A stretch of DNA of 64,000 bases from Octopus vulgaris (taxonomy: Eukaryota): contig OX597829.1 of the NCBI GenBank assembly GCA_951406725.2, positions 54,312,001-54,376,000 on the forward strand, written 5' to 3'. The notes beneath the pieces are model-generated. The model was given only the letters and a program-made list of their open reading frames with translations. It was not told where the DNA came from and made no database searches. Shown one piece after another: positions 1 through 12,804 of this stretch (its first letter is position 1; every line of letters starts with the position of its first letter). The position numbers were made by a program, and so were the translations under genes.

Positions 1-288
1 AATGAGACATACTTATCTACATGGCCGAAACAGCTGTAAGATGTAATCTATACTTATATTTATATTTACTTACATTTATATTCTCTTTTTTATATATATT
101 CTACTTATTATACAACATTACTCTTTTATGTACACTTTTTTATGCACATTCCTTTATGTACACTGATTTGTTCTGCTTTTTTATGTTTAACCCTACAGTC
201 TCTTATGTGGTGGTTTAATAAAATATGTGATTGAGTATTATCTGGTAATTGATATTTGATTTAGATGCATTTCTCCATTTTCTTATCT

Positions 289-686
<398 letters not shown>

Positions 687-1245
687 TCATCATCATCATC
701 ATCATCGTTTAACGTCCGCTTTCCATGTTACCATGGGTTGGACGATTTTGACTGAGGGCTGGCGAACCAGATGGCTGCACCAGGCTCCAGTCTTGATTTG
801 GCAGAGTTTCTACAGCTGGATGCCCTTCGTAACGCCAACCACTCCAAGAGTGTAGTGGGTGCTTTTACGTGCCAATGGCACGAGGGCCGGTAAGGTGGTT
901 CTGGCAACGGCCATGCTCAAAAGGTGTTTTTTACATGTCACCTGCATGGGAGCCAGTCTGGCGGCACTGGCAACGACCACGCTCGAATGTTGTTTTTCAC
1001 GTGCCACCAGCACATGTTATGGTAAAGCTACACTGGTAACAATCATGCTTGAATGGTGCTATTTGTGTGCCACCAGCATGGGAACCAATTTGTGGCCCTG
1101 GCAATGATCTTGCTTGGATGTGCTTTTAACATTCCACTGTCACAAGTGCCAATCAGGTGTAACTGTCATCGGCCATGTCAGCGATTTTGATTTGATTTCA
1201 CTTGCCTCAGTAGGTCTTAGCAAGCAAAGTTTATTGTCCAATGAA
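687..1245 (-). mobile_element. 3' UTR fragment of the PHD-RTE LINE family, (GAT)n tail at left
   Basis: catcatcatcgtttaacgtccgctttccatg... is the reverse complement of the tail at 3770-3808; it contains the GTGCC..GGCAC repeat units. Confidence 0.85.
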
Positions 1246-1247
1246 TG

Positions 1248-1291
<44 letters not shown>

Positions 1292-1639
1292 TCATACACA
1301 CATATATATTTATACAGAAATAACACATATTTATACACAAACACAGAGCAGGAGTGAGTCAGCAATAAATTCATGTAGAAAATAAATGATATTATCATTA
1401 TTTGTGCATGTGATTTTTGTTATTTGTTCATGTGGACGTGGGTGTTGACCACACTCTTATTCTGTTGTGTAAACCGATACAAAATGAAACGCTTACAGAC
1501 TCAGAGAAGCAGAAAATCTATACTCTTTGTATTTGTTCACGTGTGTTTGTTCGTGTGTACATATCTGTGTGTTTGTATGCTTATTTATATGTATATGTCC
1601 TTATATTTATGTAAGTATATATATATATATATATCAATT

Positions 1640-3808
1640 AAGGGTATGAAGCCAGGAAAAGTAGATAAAGCAATTAAGGGTATAAATTAAGGGTATGAAT
1701 GCAGGAAAAGCCCCCGGCCCATCAGCAATCACTGCTGAGATGCTTAAAACATCTGGTGGTGTGGGCTATGGCCTAGTCACCCGCATTGTAAACCAGGTAG
1801 TTCACAATGGAGTCATACCCAATGACTGGTGTAGCAGCACCATAGTCAACTGCTACAAGGGTAAGGGTGATGCTCTAGATAGAAATAACTACAGGGGTAT
1901 TAAACTGTTGGATCAGGTGATGAAGGTCACAGAGAGGGTCATAACCCATCTCATTAGGGAGAGAATTTGCTTAGATGAGATGAAGTTCGGTTTTGTGCCG
2001 AGTAGAAGCACCACTGATGCTATATTCCTGGTCCGACAACTGCAGGAGAAGTACCTAGCTAAAGATAAACCCCTCTACATAGCTTTTGTGGACTTGGAGA
2101 AAGCCTTTGACAGGGTCCCCCGATCCCTTATCTGATGGGCAATGCGGAAACTAGAGACTGACGAATGGTTGATAAGGGCTGTACAGGCTCTATACAGAGA
2201 GGTTGTTATTAAGGTTAGGATTGGCAACGAGTATAGTGAAGAATTCCAGGTAGAAGTAGGGGTCCACCAAGGTTCAGCCCTCAGCCCCCTTTTATTCATC
2301 ATAGTCCTCCAGGCAATAACAGAGGAATTCAAGACACTATGGCCCTGGGAGCTTCTCTATGCTGATGACCTTGCTCTAATTGCTGAGTCATTATCAGAAC
2401 TAGAGGAGAAGTTTCAGGTGTGGAAGCAAGGATTAGAATTGAAGGGCTTTTTAGAGTCAACCTAGCTAAAACCAAAGTCCTAATAAGTAGAAAGGCAGAC
2501 AAACCACAAATTCCTTCAGGTAGATGGCCCTGCTCAATCTGTAGAAGCTCTATAAGATGTACCCAGTGTAAGCTATGGACACATAAGAGGTGCAGCAATG
2601 TCAAAGGAAGGCTAACTGGGAAGATACTTTATGTATGTGGCAGATGCTCAGGAGGAATAAACACTGAAAATGCGCAAAGACCAACTTCTGTCACATTCCA
2701 GGGAGAAAAACTAGACATAGTTGATAGCTTCCATTACCTAGGGGACCTAGTCAGTAGCAGGGGTGGAAGCTCTGAAAGTGTAGCCGCTAGAATAAGTTCA
2801 GAGAGCTCTTACCTCTGCTGGTGACAAAAGGCCTCTCGCTCAGACTGTATGATGCATGTGTACGAACAGCCATGCTACATGGCAGTGAAACATGGGCTGT
2901 GACTGCTGAGGACATGCATAAGCTTGCAAGGTATGAAGCCAGTATGCGCCGATGGATGTGTAATGTCAATGTGCATACACAACAGAGTGTAAGCACCCTC
3001 AGAGAAATGTTGGACATAAGAAACATCAGATGTGGTGTGCAAGAGAGACGACTGCGCTGGTATGGTCATGCGTTGCGAATGGATGTGGATAGCTGTGTGA
3101 AAAAGTGTCCCACCCTAGTAGTAGAGGGAACCTGTAGAAGAGGTAGACCCAGGAAGACTTGAGATGAGGTGGTGAAGCATGACCTTCTAATGTTGGGCCT
3201 CATAGAAGCAAGTGACCGAGACCTTTGGAGGTATGCTGTGCTTGAGAAGATTCAGCAAGCCAAGTGAGACCGTGACCATGGCCTATGCCAGTGCAGCATA
3301 ACCAACCCATTTAAAAGTACCTTTCAATCATTGGGCTATAAACTGCACTTGTGAAGATCTGTTGAGGCAAGTGAAATTGTTGTCATGGTAGTTGACAGAA
3401 CTGCCTGATTGGCACCTGTGCCGGTGGCATGATAAAAGCACCATTTGAGCACGATCCTTGCCAGTGCTGCTTGACTGGCTCCCATGCTGGGGCACATAAA
3501 AACCACCATTCGAGCGGGGTCATTGCCAATGCTGGCTGACTGGCTCCCATGCCAGTGGCATGTAAAAAGCTCCATTCAACCATGGTCGATGCCAGTACCG
3601 CTTGACTGGCCCTCATACTGGTGGTGCCTATAAAGCACCCACTACAAACTCAGATTGGTTAGCATTAAGAAGGGCATCCAGCTGTAGAAACTTTGCCAGA
3701 TCGAATTGGAGTCTGGTACAGCCTTCTGGCTTGCCAGCCCCCATTCAAACCATCCAACTCTTGCCAGCATGGAAAGCAGACGTTAAACAACAACAATGAT
3801 GATGATGA
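1640..3808 (+). mobile_element. 5'-truncated RTE-clade LINE (frameshifted RT pseudogene) with PHD finger, 3' UTR and (GAT)n tail
   Basis: Motifs GKAPGP, YRGIKLL, FGF..RSTTDAIF, FVDLEKAFDRV, GVHQGSALSPLLF, LLYADDL, VNLAKTK, FHYLG, MLHGSETW, RLRWYGH and RGRPRKT across ORFs 1695-3162, with stops and frameshifts; tail gatgatgat at about 3797-3808. Confidence 0.95.
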
Positions 3809-3831
3809 TACACACACACACACACACACAT

Positions 3832-4017
3832 ATCATCATCATCATCATCATCGTTTAGCGTCCACTTTCCATGCTAGCATGGGTTGGACGGTTCAACTGG
3901 GGTCTGGGAAGCCAGGAGGCTGCACCAGGCCCAGTCTGATCTGGCAGTGTTTCTACGGCTGGATGCCCTCCTAATGCCAACCACTCCATGAGTGTAGTGG
4001 GTGCTTTTTACGTGCCA
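3832..4017 (-). mobile_element. PHD-RTE LINE 3' end, tail-to-tail with the preceding copy
   Basis: Reverse-complement copy of about 3640-3808, separated from it by a (CA)n spacer. Confidence 0.9.
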
Positions 4018-4060
4018 GACGAGATGCATATGTACATATGTATATGTACATATATGCATC

Positions 4061-4100
<40 letters not shown>

Positions 4101-4239
4101 TATGTGGGCACAGGACATCACAAAACGTGTACAACAGAAAAGTACACAGCATGAGTACATGGAACATGAACTAGTCTTTCGAACAACGTAAGACACGAAT
4201 GGAAAACAAAACGAACAGCTGAATACCTGTTGTGCAATG

Positions 4240-4370
4240 TACCCCTCAGCTGCCTCCATGTCAGAACTCACTGCTTCTCCACACCTGACAATGCCACGAA
4301 CACCAGTCCCCTTCTTGAAATTATAAAACCAGCCGCGACTGGCCTTAAATGCATCTGGTGATGCATTTTT
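4240..4370 (-). pseudogene. Tigger/pogo transposase fragment (CENP-B-type HTH)
   Basis: Minus strand translates as AFKASRGWFYNFKKGTGVRGIVRCGEAVSSDMEAA, matching the Tigger FKASxGWFxxFKxR...GEAASAD motif. Confidence 0.75.
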
Positions 4371-4436
4371 TCTTTCACAGCAACATTGAGTGTAATGATC
4401 TAATCACTGAATAGTCCTGCTATAAGGTGATGCTCT

Positions 4437-4478
<42 letters not shown>

Positions 4479-4479
4479 T

Positions 4480-4970
4480 GAGAGTGGAAGGGCATCGTGT
4501 ATTACAAGCAGCTTCCACAAAAATCAGAAATTGAATTCAGACAATTATTATTTCCAGTTAAAGGCAGCAATTGACGTAAAATGTCCAGAACTGACCAATC
4601 AGAAGAGTGTCATCATCCTTCAGGACAATGCTAGGCCTCATGTTTCAATGCAGATCCCATAGGAATTTCTATAGCTTGGCTGGGAAGTTCTACTGCACCC
4701 ACTATATTTATCTTCAGTTTACCATTTATTTTGACCTCAACAAAATTCTTGTTGATGGAAGAACTTCAGTTCTTTGAAAGATTATAAAAACCATTTGGAC
4801 CAAATCATGACCCAGAAAGATGCTCAACTCTGAGAGAATGGGATCATGAAGTTGCCCCAAAGATAATGAAATGTATTGGGTCAAAATGAGATACATGTGG
4901 TTGAATAAAGATATGTGTGAATATCTATATATTGTTTTTGAATCTTACTTAAAAAGCTGTACATGCTTTT
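4480..4970 (+). pseudogene. mariner transposase C-terminal remnant
   Basis: NSDNYYFQLKAAIDVKCPEL..VIILQDNARPHVS, then decayed GWEVLLHP and GIMKLP motifs. Confidence 0.8.
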
Positions 4971-5107
4971 GTTCTATATATACGCATATATATCTACATA
5001 TGTATATGTGTATATATATAATAATTATTTGAGGGAATATTAATCCTAACTTACATGGAAAAATTCAATTTAGAAATACTAAATCAAATTTCTCACAATA
5101 TAATATA

Positions 5108-5225
5108 TATATAAAAATTAGAAAAACCCCACCTTTTATCAATTCAAAATGAAGAATTAAATTACATCATCTAGAAAATTACATATATTAGAAATATTAA
5201 AATTAAAATAACAATAAACATATAA

Positions 5226-5256
<31 letters not shown>

Positions 5257-5482
5257 CATGCAAATACATATATGTATGTATGTATGTATATATGTATGTA
5301 TGTTATTCTACCAATTATATATGTTTTTATTACGTTTTTATTTTTTTTTGCAATTTACTTAATCATCGGTATTTTATTGTCATTTTAATTTTAATATTTC
5401 TATTTTTCTATGTAATTTTCTATTGGTGTAATTTAATTGTTCATTTTAAATTGATAAAAGGTAGTTTTTTCTAATTTTTATA
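5108..5482. mobile_element. Foldback/MITE-like inverted repeat (about 105-bp arms) around a microsatellite core
   Basis: aaaaattagaaaaacccaccttttatcaatt...aattaaaataacaataaa (5113-5218) is the imperfect reverse complement of 5374-5480. Confidence 0.7.
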
Positions 5483-5622
5483 TGTGTATATATATATATA
5501 CATACAAGTACATATATGTATGTATGTAGGTAGGTAGGTACATGTACATATGCATACATACATACTTACATACATACATACATACATACATGCATACATA
5601 CATACATACATACATACATACA

Positions 5623-5655
<33 letters not shown>

Positions 5656-7432
5656 GTATTTGTATGTATATATCTATATACGTGTGTTTGTGTGTTTATA
5701 TTCATATATTCATATATTCATGAATACATATACACAGATATGTTTTTTGCGAGCGGATAAACAACAAAAAATATTTTGTCTAATCTTACCACTCCCAATG
5801 ATTCAAAAACAAGATACCCATTGTATGTAACCTGAATTAATCAGAGTTATGACAATACAAGATAAGTAGATATGTCTCAAGAGGATTTAGAAGGTAGATT
5901 GTTCAGATCTGTACAGGCTGACTTGACATTTTGACCTTTTATGGTTCATAAATATATACAAGGCACGAACCAATGCTTGACTGTTCATCTTACACCTTTT
6001 CAAAGAAATTATTAATTTTTAACAATATCACAGGCTATTAAGATTTTGTTGATGTTTGTGGAATAACATTCTTCTGAAATGCTTTAAGCTTGGCGTAACA
6101 TTGTAAAATTAGGCAGGTTTTCTGAAATGCAACAATCCTTCACCACAGGATTCAGTTTTACCTTCCACTCTCGTCTCCTGCTCTCTTCTTTCTAATTTGC
6201 TGCTCTTTCCATCTTCAATTACTCTTACACAGGTGACACTTCTTCTCATTCCCTGTCCATTCCACTCACAGTCTTGACATTACTAGCTAAACTCACACTG
6301 ATTCTGTGACCTCAAAAGAATTCCTCCAATTAGGATATGGCAATCCTGTCTCTTTCAATAGAAAGAAAACACATATAAAAACATATACACTACTTATATC
6401 AAGAAAACACCGTTGTAATACATTCCATTTAATTATGAGTAGTAAGTACTAAGCTAGAGTCCTCATAATCTCCTCCCTGGTATAATGATGATGATCTGTT
6501 TTGGTGAAAGCAAATTCTTAAATGAATCCCAAAGACTGACTATTTTCTTCAGAGCCAGAAGATATTTTTGTCTCTAATTAATACTCTACAAAAAAATCAG
6601 GTGAGGACCACTATGGAGCGATGGTGCTGCTGTTACACACACAGACATGCTAGAATCCATCAAGGAGAAGACTGCAGCAATCACTACTTCCAGAGGACCA
6701 AGATTGGTGATTAGTGCAGGGTTTGAACACAATAATGAGAGAAAGAGAGGTAAGTAGGATAGGAATGATTGGGTGGAGGTGTTATGAGATTGGCCTAGTC
6801 TGAGGAGCAGAAGCCAATAGAATGACAGTTAAATCCCTTCCCTGCTCATGTCTTTTCCAAAGGTGTTGCCTTACAAACGTGCAACAGGAATAATAATAGC
6901 ATCAGTTTTGCCATTCTAGGAAAGTCTGCAAAACCCAGTGCATGCTACCCTTTTCGCTAGACACAGCAAATAAAGAAAGTACACTTATTTTGGCAGAGAT
7001 TTTAAACAAGACATCGCTAACACTTGTTTTAAAAGAAGACATTTTCTGGTAGGCATTCTTAAGAGTTATTTATTACCTTTTGTTTGTTACTGAAATCCAC
7101 AATCATTAACTATGTCATGACTAAATAAAATAATTGATCTTAAAAATTTTCATTTGTCCCACTTAGAATTTCTTTTATTGCACAAAAGCATTTTCCTCAG
7201 TGTTTTTCTCTTATGTGGCTTCTATACATTTTTTGTATTTGAAGTGTTTGGTGTTTGAACATAGATAGAAGTAGATATGGGTCAGGTTACTGTGTCTGAG
7301 TAGTCTTGATTTTGAATCTGTGTACGTGTGTTTCTATGGGCATGTTATAGGTATGTCTGTATACTATGTATTAATGTATGACATTTGTGTGCTTAGGTGT
7401 ATTGCTTATGAGTGGGTGGGTGAATTCATATA

Positions 7433-7611
7433 TCAACTATTTAGCATTCAAATTTTTCTGTCAAATGTAATGCTTATGAGATTTGGATGATGTGATTGTG
7501 TCTTTTTAGAATGACATTGTAGAGTAGGTGAAAGAGGCCAGATCTGGCCAGTTTGAACATAAAACAGAATATTTTGGCTGGATTTGGCCAGTTTAAACAC
7601 TAAAGAGTTAA
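7433..7611 (+). mobile_element. piggyBac-like MITE, decayed copy of the 40488-40708 family
   Basis: Shares the gatctggccagtttgaacataaaa core and the ..ctaaagagttaa end. Confidence 0.6.
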
Positions 7612-7639
7612 AGAAAAATGAAATGTTTGTGTATTCCTT

Positions 7640-8010
7640 TTACTCTTTTATGCTTTTACATATTTCAGTCATTTGACTGTGGCCATGCTACAGCACTACC
7701 TTTAGTTGAAGAAATTGACCCCAGGACTTATTCTTTGTAAGCCTAGTACTTAATCTATCAGTCCCTCTTGCTGGGACATAAATACATCAAAATCGGTTGT
7801 CAAGTGATGGTGGGGGGGACAAACTCAGATACACGCATACATAAATACACACACACACACACACACACATACATAACAGGCTTCTTTCAGTTTCCGTCTA
7901 CAAAATCCAAGGCTACAGTAAAAGACACCTGCCCAAGGTGCCATGCAGTGGGACTGAACCCAGAACCACGTAGTTGGGAAGCAAACTTCTTACCACACAG
8001 CCACACCTGT
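7640..8010 (-). mobile_element. tRNA-derived SINE, family A
   Basis: Homologous to 41040-41466: head with A/B boxes at right, internal (CA)n, AAAAGAGT tail. Confidence 0.85.
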
Positions 8011-8107
8011 GTTATTTTCTAACCACACAGACATGTCTGCATCTTTTCTTTCCTATGCATGAAATATTTCCTTCAGAATACAATAGATTTGAAAAACAAA
8101 AATATTT

Positions 8108-8712
8108 CTCCCCCCTCCCCCCCTTCCTTCCTTTCCTTCCTCCCTTCTACCCTCCCTCCCTCCCTTCCTTCCTTCCTTCCTTCCTCCCTTCCCCCTCCCT
8201 TCCCCCTTTCCTTCCTTCCTTCCTTCCTTCCCCCCTCCCTTTCCTTTCTCCCTCCCTCCCTTTCCTTCCTTCCTTCCTTCCTTCCTTCCTCCCTCCCTCC
8301 CTCCCTTCCTTCCTTCCTCCCTCCCTTTCCTTTCTCCCTCCCTCCCCTTCCTTCCTTCCTTCCTTCCTTCCTTCCTTCCTTCCTTCCTTCCTTCCTTCCT
8401 TCCTTCCTTCCCTCCCTCCCTTCCTTCCTTCCCTCCCTCCCCTTCCTTCCTTCCTTCCTTCCTTCTTTCCTTCCTTCTTTCATTCCTTCCTTCCTTCCTT
8501 CCTTCCTTCCTCCATCCCTCCCTCCCTCCCTCCCTTCCTTCCTTCTTTCCTTCCTTCCTTCCTTCCTTCCTTCCTTCCTTCCTTCCTTCCTTCCTTCCTT
8601 CCTTCCTCCCTCCCTCCCTTCCTTCCTTCTTTCCTTCCTTCCTTTCTCCCTTCCTTCCTTCCTTCCTTCCTTCCTTCCTTCCTTCCTTCCTTCCTTCCTT
8701 CCTTCCTTCCTC
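8108..8712. repeat. (CCTT)n/(CCCT)n polypyrimidine microsatellite
   Basis: About 600 bp of nearly pure C/T on the + strand. Confidence 0.98.
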
Positions 8713-9225
8713 ACCTTCTCTTCCTGTTTTGCCTTGGTTATGGCTATGGGATTGAATAGCTTCAGTCACACTTCACCGGATACTTCCAGACAACTCATCG
8801 CTTGTCTCCGAGCTCTCTCTCTACCTTCACATGCTTAATAGCCATTTGACCATACAACCGTCCACTTCAATGGTGATTTCTCTTAATAACATGTCTAAAC
8901 CTTCTTCCTTTTCCCCTACTTTGTGAGGATTAATGTGTGACTGGGATTTCAACCTTACTTTTTTCCCCAAAAAAGCCTCTCGATTGCCTCTGACACGCTG
9001 CCTTCTACGTCAGGGACAGTAAGCATTCGAATTGTTGCCATTGTTTGGCTCTAAATAAAACCTGATTCAACAGACCTACTACCAGAACACTCCAGTCTTG
9101 ACCATCCTGTCTTTTTAGTGGATATCTAGGCTTTGATCATATAATATCTCTTCTATTTTTAAGCAAAAGACGACCTTTGAAGAGAATTTTGTTGCTACTT
9201 TTAGGCGGTAAAGTAGCTTGTCTGA

Positions 9226-9271
9226 ATGATAATGATAATGATGATAGAGGTGATGGTAGTGATGGTGGTGG

Positions 9272-9303
<32 letters not shown>

Positions 9304-9316
9304 GTAGTGACGGTGG

Positions 9317-9348
<32 letters not shown>

Positions 9349-9467
9349 GTAGTGACGGTGGTGATGATGATGATGATGATGATGATGATAGAGGTGACGG
9401 TAGGGATGATGATGATAGAGGTGATGGTAGTGATGATGATGATGATGATGACGACGACGACGACGAC
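9226..9467. repeat. (GAT)n compound trinucleotide repeat
   Basis: Read directly; includes repeated ggtagtgacggtggt interruptions. Confidence 0.95.
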
Positions 9468-9474
9468 AATGCAG

Positions 9475-10500
9475 TCTTGTGCTTGCATTCCACAGGTGTC
9501 AGTTTGATATCAAAGTTCTTCATTGAGGCTTTGAGTGTGTCTTGGACTGCTTTTTCTGTCTGCATTGTGTGCATTTGATTTCTGCCAGTTCGCTTCAAAA
9601 CAGTTTCTGTGGAATGGTCTTGCATCAGACATTTGAAGAAGGTAACCTGTCCACTTCACTTGACCCCTCCACAGCAGTGTATAAATGCTTTGCAGACCAA
9701 ATCAAGAAGGGATTTCCATGTCTGGCACTTTGTCTTGTGATTTTCAAGGCAGTCAAGATCGAAATGGTTTAGCTTTTGGCAAGGCATTCATAAACTGTTC
9801 ATGTCTCACAGGCATACAGGAAGAATAGGCTGTCCAGCTGCTTAGCACTCTTTCAACTTGGTGGCCAGCTGAATGCCTAACTTTTCACACACTAATTCAA
9901 GTATAGCACATGCAGTATAACTCTTTGGTACAATTTCGTTTTCATGGCCATCCTTAATGTCTCTCTTCTCTGACACTAATTCCAGTATAGAATGGACAGT
10001 ACAACTGCTTGGTACTCTTTCAACTCGGTGGCCAGCTAATTGAAATATAGAATAGGCAGTCCAAATGTCTGTTACACATTCAACTTGGTGGCCATCCTTA
10101 ATGCCTCTCTTCTCTCACACAAATTCATGTATTCAATAGCCAGTACACCTGCTTGGTACACTTTCAACTCGGTGGCCAGTTAATGTCTCTCTTCTCTGAC
10201 ACTAATTCCAGTATAGAATGGGCAGTTGTAACTGCTTTGGTACACTTTCAACGTGGTGGTCAACCTTAATGTCTCTTTTCTTCTACACTGATTCATGAGC
10301 TTCCTTTGGCAATGTGTGTCCCTTCTTCATTGTCAATGTTCACAGATTTGTTGAGTTTGTTGCTGGCATACATCAACTTATCAACACCCTTCAGTGTTTC
10401 TCCTCTGACTGTGATAGATGGTTCCACATATGGCTTCTGCAGGTCAGGTTGGTCCATGACTTCTGTCTTCTGAGTACACATTATGAGGCCCAACGTTGTT
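9475..10500 (-). mobile_element. Decayed BovB-like RTE RT C-terminal fragment with an internal tandem amplification
   Basis: QKPYVEPSITVRGETLKGVDKLMY..., ATKLK..PILxYACET, KKLNHF and DTLKASMKNFDI motifs; six copies of a 60-85 bp unit at 9845-10290. Confidence 0.75.
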
Positions 10501-10549
10501 GCAAGTCCAGAAAAAGCAGATCATGTTCTGCCGTATTTTGGCCTGTGTA

Positions 10550-11010
10550 GCAGGTTGAGGCAAAGTTTCTACTGCTGGATGCCATTCCTAATGCCAACCA
10601 CTCCGAGAGAGTAGTGGGTGCTTTTTATGGGCCACCAGCATGGGGATCAGTCAGGCAGCACTAGCATTGACCATGCTCAAATGGTGCTTTTTACGTGCCA
10701 CCGGCATGGGACTAGTCAGACAGCACTGGCATCAACCACGCTTGTATGGTGCTTTTTATGTGTCACCAGCATGGATGCCAGTCTGGTGGTACTACCATCG
10801 GTCATGATGATGATTTCACTTGACTCAATAGGTCTTCTCAAGCACAGCATATTGCCCAATGATTGAAGGGTTCTCTTGAATGGCTCAGTTATGCTGCACT
10901 GGCATAGGCCACAGCTATAGTCTCTCTTGGCTTGCCAGATCTTCTCAAGCACAGCATATCTCCAAAGGTCTCGGTCACTTGTCATTGCCTCTGTGAAGCC
11001 CAACATTCAA
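10550..11010 (-). mobile_element. PHD-RTE LINE 3' ORF end and UTR
   Basis: LGFTEAMTSDRDLWRYAVLEK plus the UTR repeat units. Confidence 0.85.
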
Positions 11011-11021
11011 ATGTGACAAGA

Positions 11022-11790
11022 TATTAGGTTGCAGTACTTTAAATAGATTTCTTATGAGTCATCTATAAATGTATTTGTTTGTGTTTACACTTAAAACTAT
11101 TTCTTTTGAGACAATACTATTATTCAAAATTGCTACCCACAGCTCTTATGACAATGTTGACAACTGAACAATACTGAATGATTTTATTATATGAATACAA
11201 GTTGGGTCACTCTGCCACCGAAGCTCTACAAAACATCAAGCGGGCTTTTGGTAACCATTCTATTGACATTAGAACTGTTCAGAGATGGTTCCAAAGATTT
11301 CATTCAGGAAATGAAAGCCTTAAAAATGAACCAAGAGGAAGACCATAATCAGTTATACGGCATGATGAATTGAATGCTTTGGTTAAACGAAATCCGAGAA
11401 CAATGGTCTGAAAAATCAGATCAGAGCAACAGACACCTCCCAAAACTGCTTCTCAACACTGAAGAAAATTGGAAAAGTCAAAAAGGTGAATAGATCTGTT
11501 CCCCATCAACTTAATGAGATTCAAAGAAACAGATGCCTTACAGTGTGTTCCATGTTGATTTCTCAGTTGGAAAGAGAACCATTTTTGTATGAACTTATTA
11601 CATGTCATGAGAAATGGATGCTCATTGATAACAGCAGAACAGGACAGTGGTTAGATGCAGGAGAGTCACCAAAACACCACCCCAAATCACCATTGGACCC
11701 AAAAAAGTTGATGGTCATTGTATGGTGGTCAACAAAGGGAGTTCTTCATTATTCATTTTGGCAGCAAGGAAATTCTTCAACAGCACTTCT
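11022..11790 (+). pseudogene. mariner transposon 5' part (TIR plus transposase N-terminal two-thirds)
   Basis: TATTAGGTTG TIR start; LLYEYKLGHSATEA..RTVQRWFQRF.SGNESL..EPRGRP, VPHQL, ITCHEKW and MVIVWWSTKGVLHY; contains stops. Confidence 0.85.
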
Positions 11791-11859
11791 AAGGTGCACA
11801 TTGGAGCCTCCAACAGGACTCAGCTCCTTCACACAGCTCCTTCACACAGCTCCAATAAT

Positions 11860-12772
11860 TGAAGGGTACTCTTAAATGGGCCAGTTATGCTGGACTGGTA
11901 TAGGTCACAGTTATGGTGTCACTTGGCTTGCCAGGTCTTCTCAAACATAGCATATCTCCAAAGATCTTGGTCACTTGTCATCACCTCTGTGAGGCCCAAT
12001 GTTTGAAGGTCATGCTTCACAGGTCTTCTTGGGTCTACCTCTTCCACAGGTTCCCTCTATTGCTGGGGTGTGACACATTTTCACACAGCTGTCCTCATTC
12101 ATTCGCAACACATGATCATACCAGTGCAGTCGTCTCTCTTGCACACCACATCTGATGCTTCTTAAATCCAACTTTTCTCTCAAGGTACTTACACTCTGTC
12201 GAGTATGCACACTGACATTACACATCCAGTGGAGCATAGTGGCTTCATTTTTTGCAAGCTTAAGCATGTCCTTAGCAGTCACAGCCCATGTTTCATAGCC
12301 ATGTAGCATAGCTGTTCATACACATGTGTCATACAGTCTACATTTTACTCTGAGCGAGTGGCCCTTTGTCACCAGCAGAGGTAGGAGCACTCTGAACTTT
12401 GCCCAGCCTATTCTTACTCTAGCAGCAACACTCTCAGAGCATACAGACTTGGTTACCTAGGTAGCCGAAGCTATCAACTACTTCTAGTTTTTCCCCTGGA
12501 ATGTGACAGAAGCTGTTTTCTGCACATTTTCAGTGTTTATTGCCCCTGAGAATTTGCCACATACAAAAACTATCTTCCCAGTTAGCCTTCCTTTGATATT
12601 GCTGCACCTCTTATGAGTCCATATTTTACACTGGGTACATCTTATAGAGTTTCTACCTACCCTTTTTCTACAGATCAAGCTGGGTCATCTACCTGAAAGG
12701 ATTTGTGGTTTGTCTGCCTTTCTACTTACTAAGACTTTGGTTTTTGCTAGGTTGACTCCAAGGCTTCGATTC
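11860..12772 (-). mobile_element. PHD-RTE LINE fragment (RT motif 6, PHD finger and thumb)
   Basis: ICRKRVGRNSIRCTQCKIWTHKRCSNIKGRLTGKIVFVCGK, MLHGYETW, RRLHWYDH and RGRPKKT. Confidence 0.9.
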
Positions 12773-12804
12773 TGTTGTTATCAATATATATCAAGATGCT
12801 TAGA

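Noticed and set aside
6162-6352. Minus-strand exon with plausible acceptor and donor
   Set aside because: All three frames contain stops; a non-coding exon cannot be supported without transcripts.
7974-8838. PSFL-rich and GRKE-rich ORFs
   Set aside because: Artefact of the (CCTT)n tract.
9177-9578. Poly-Asp acidic (biomineral-like) protein
   Set aside because: A (GAT)n microsatellite next to an antisense RTE remnant; no signal peptide or splice context.
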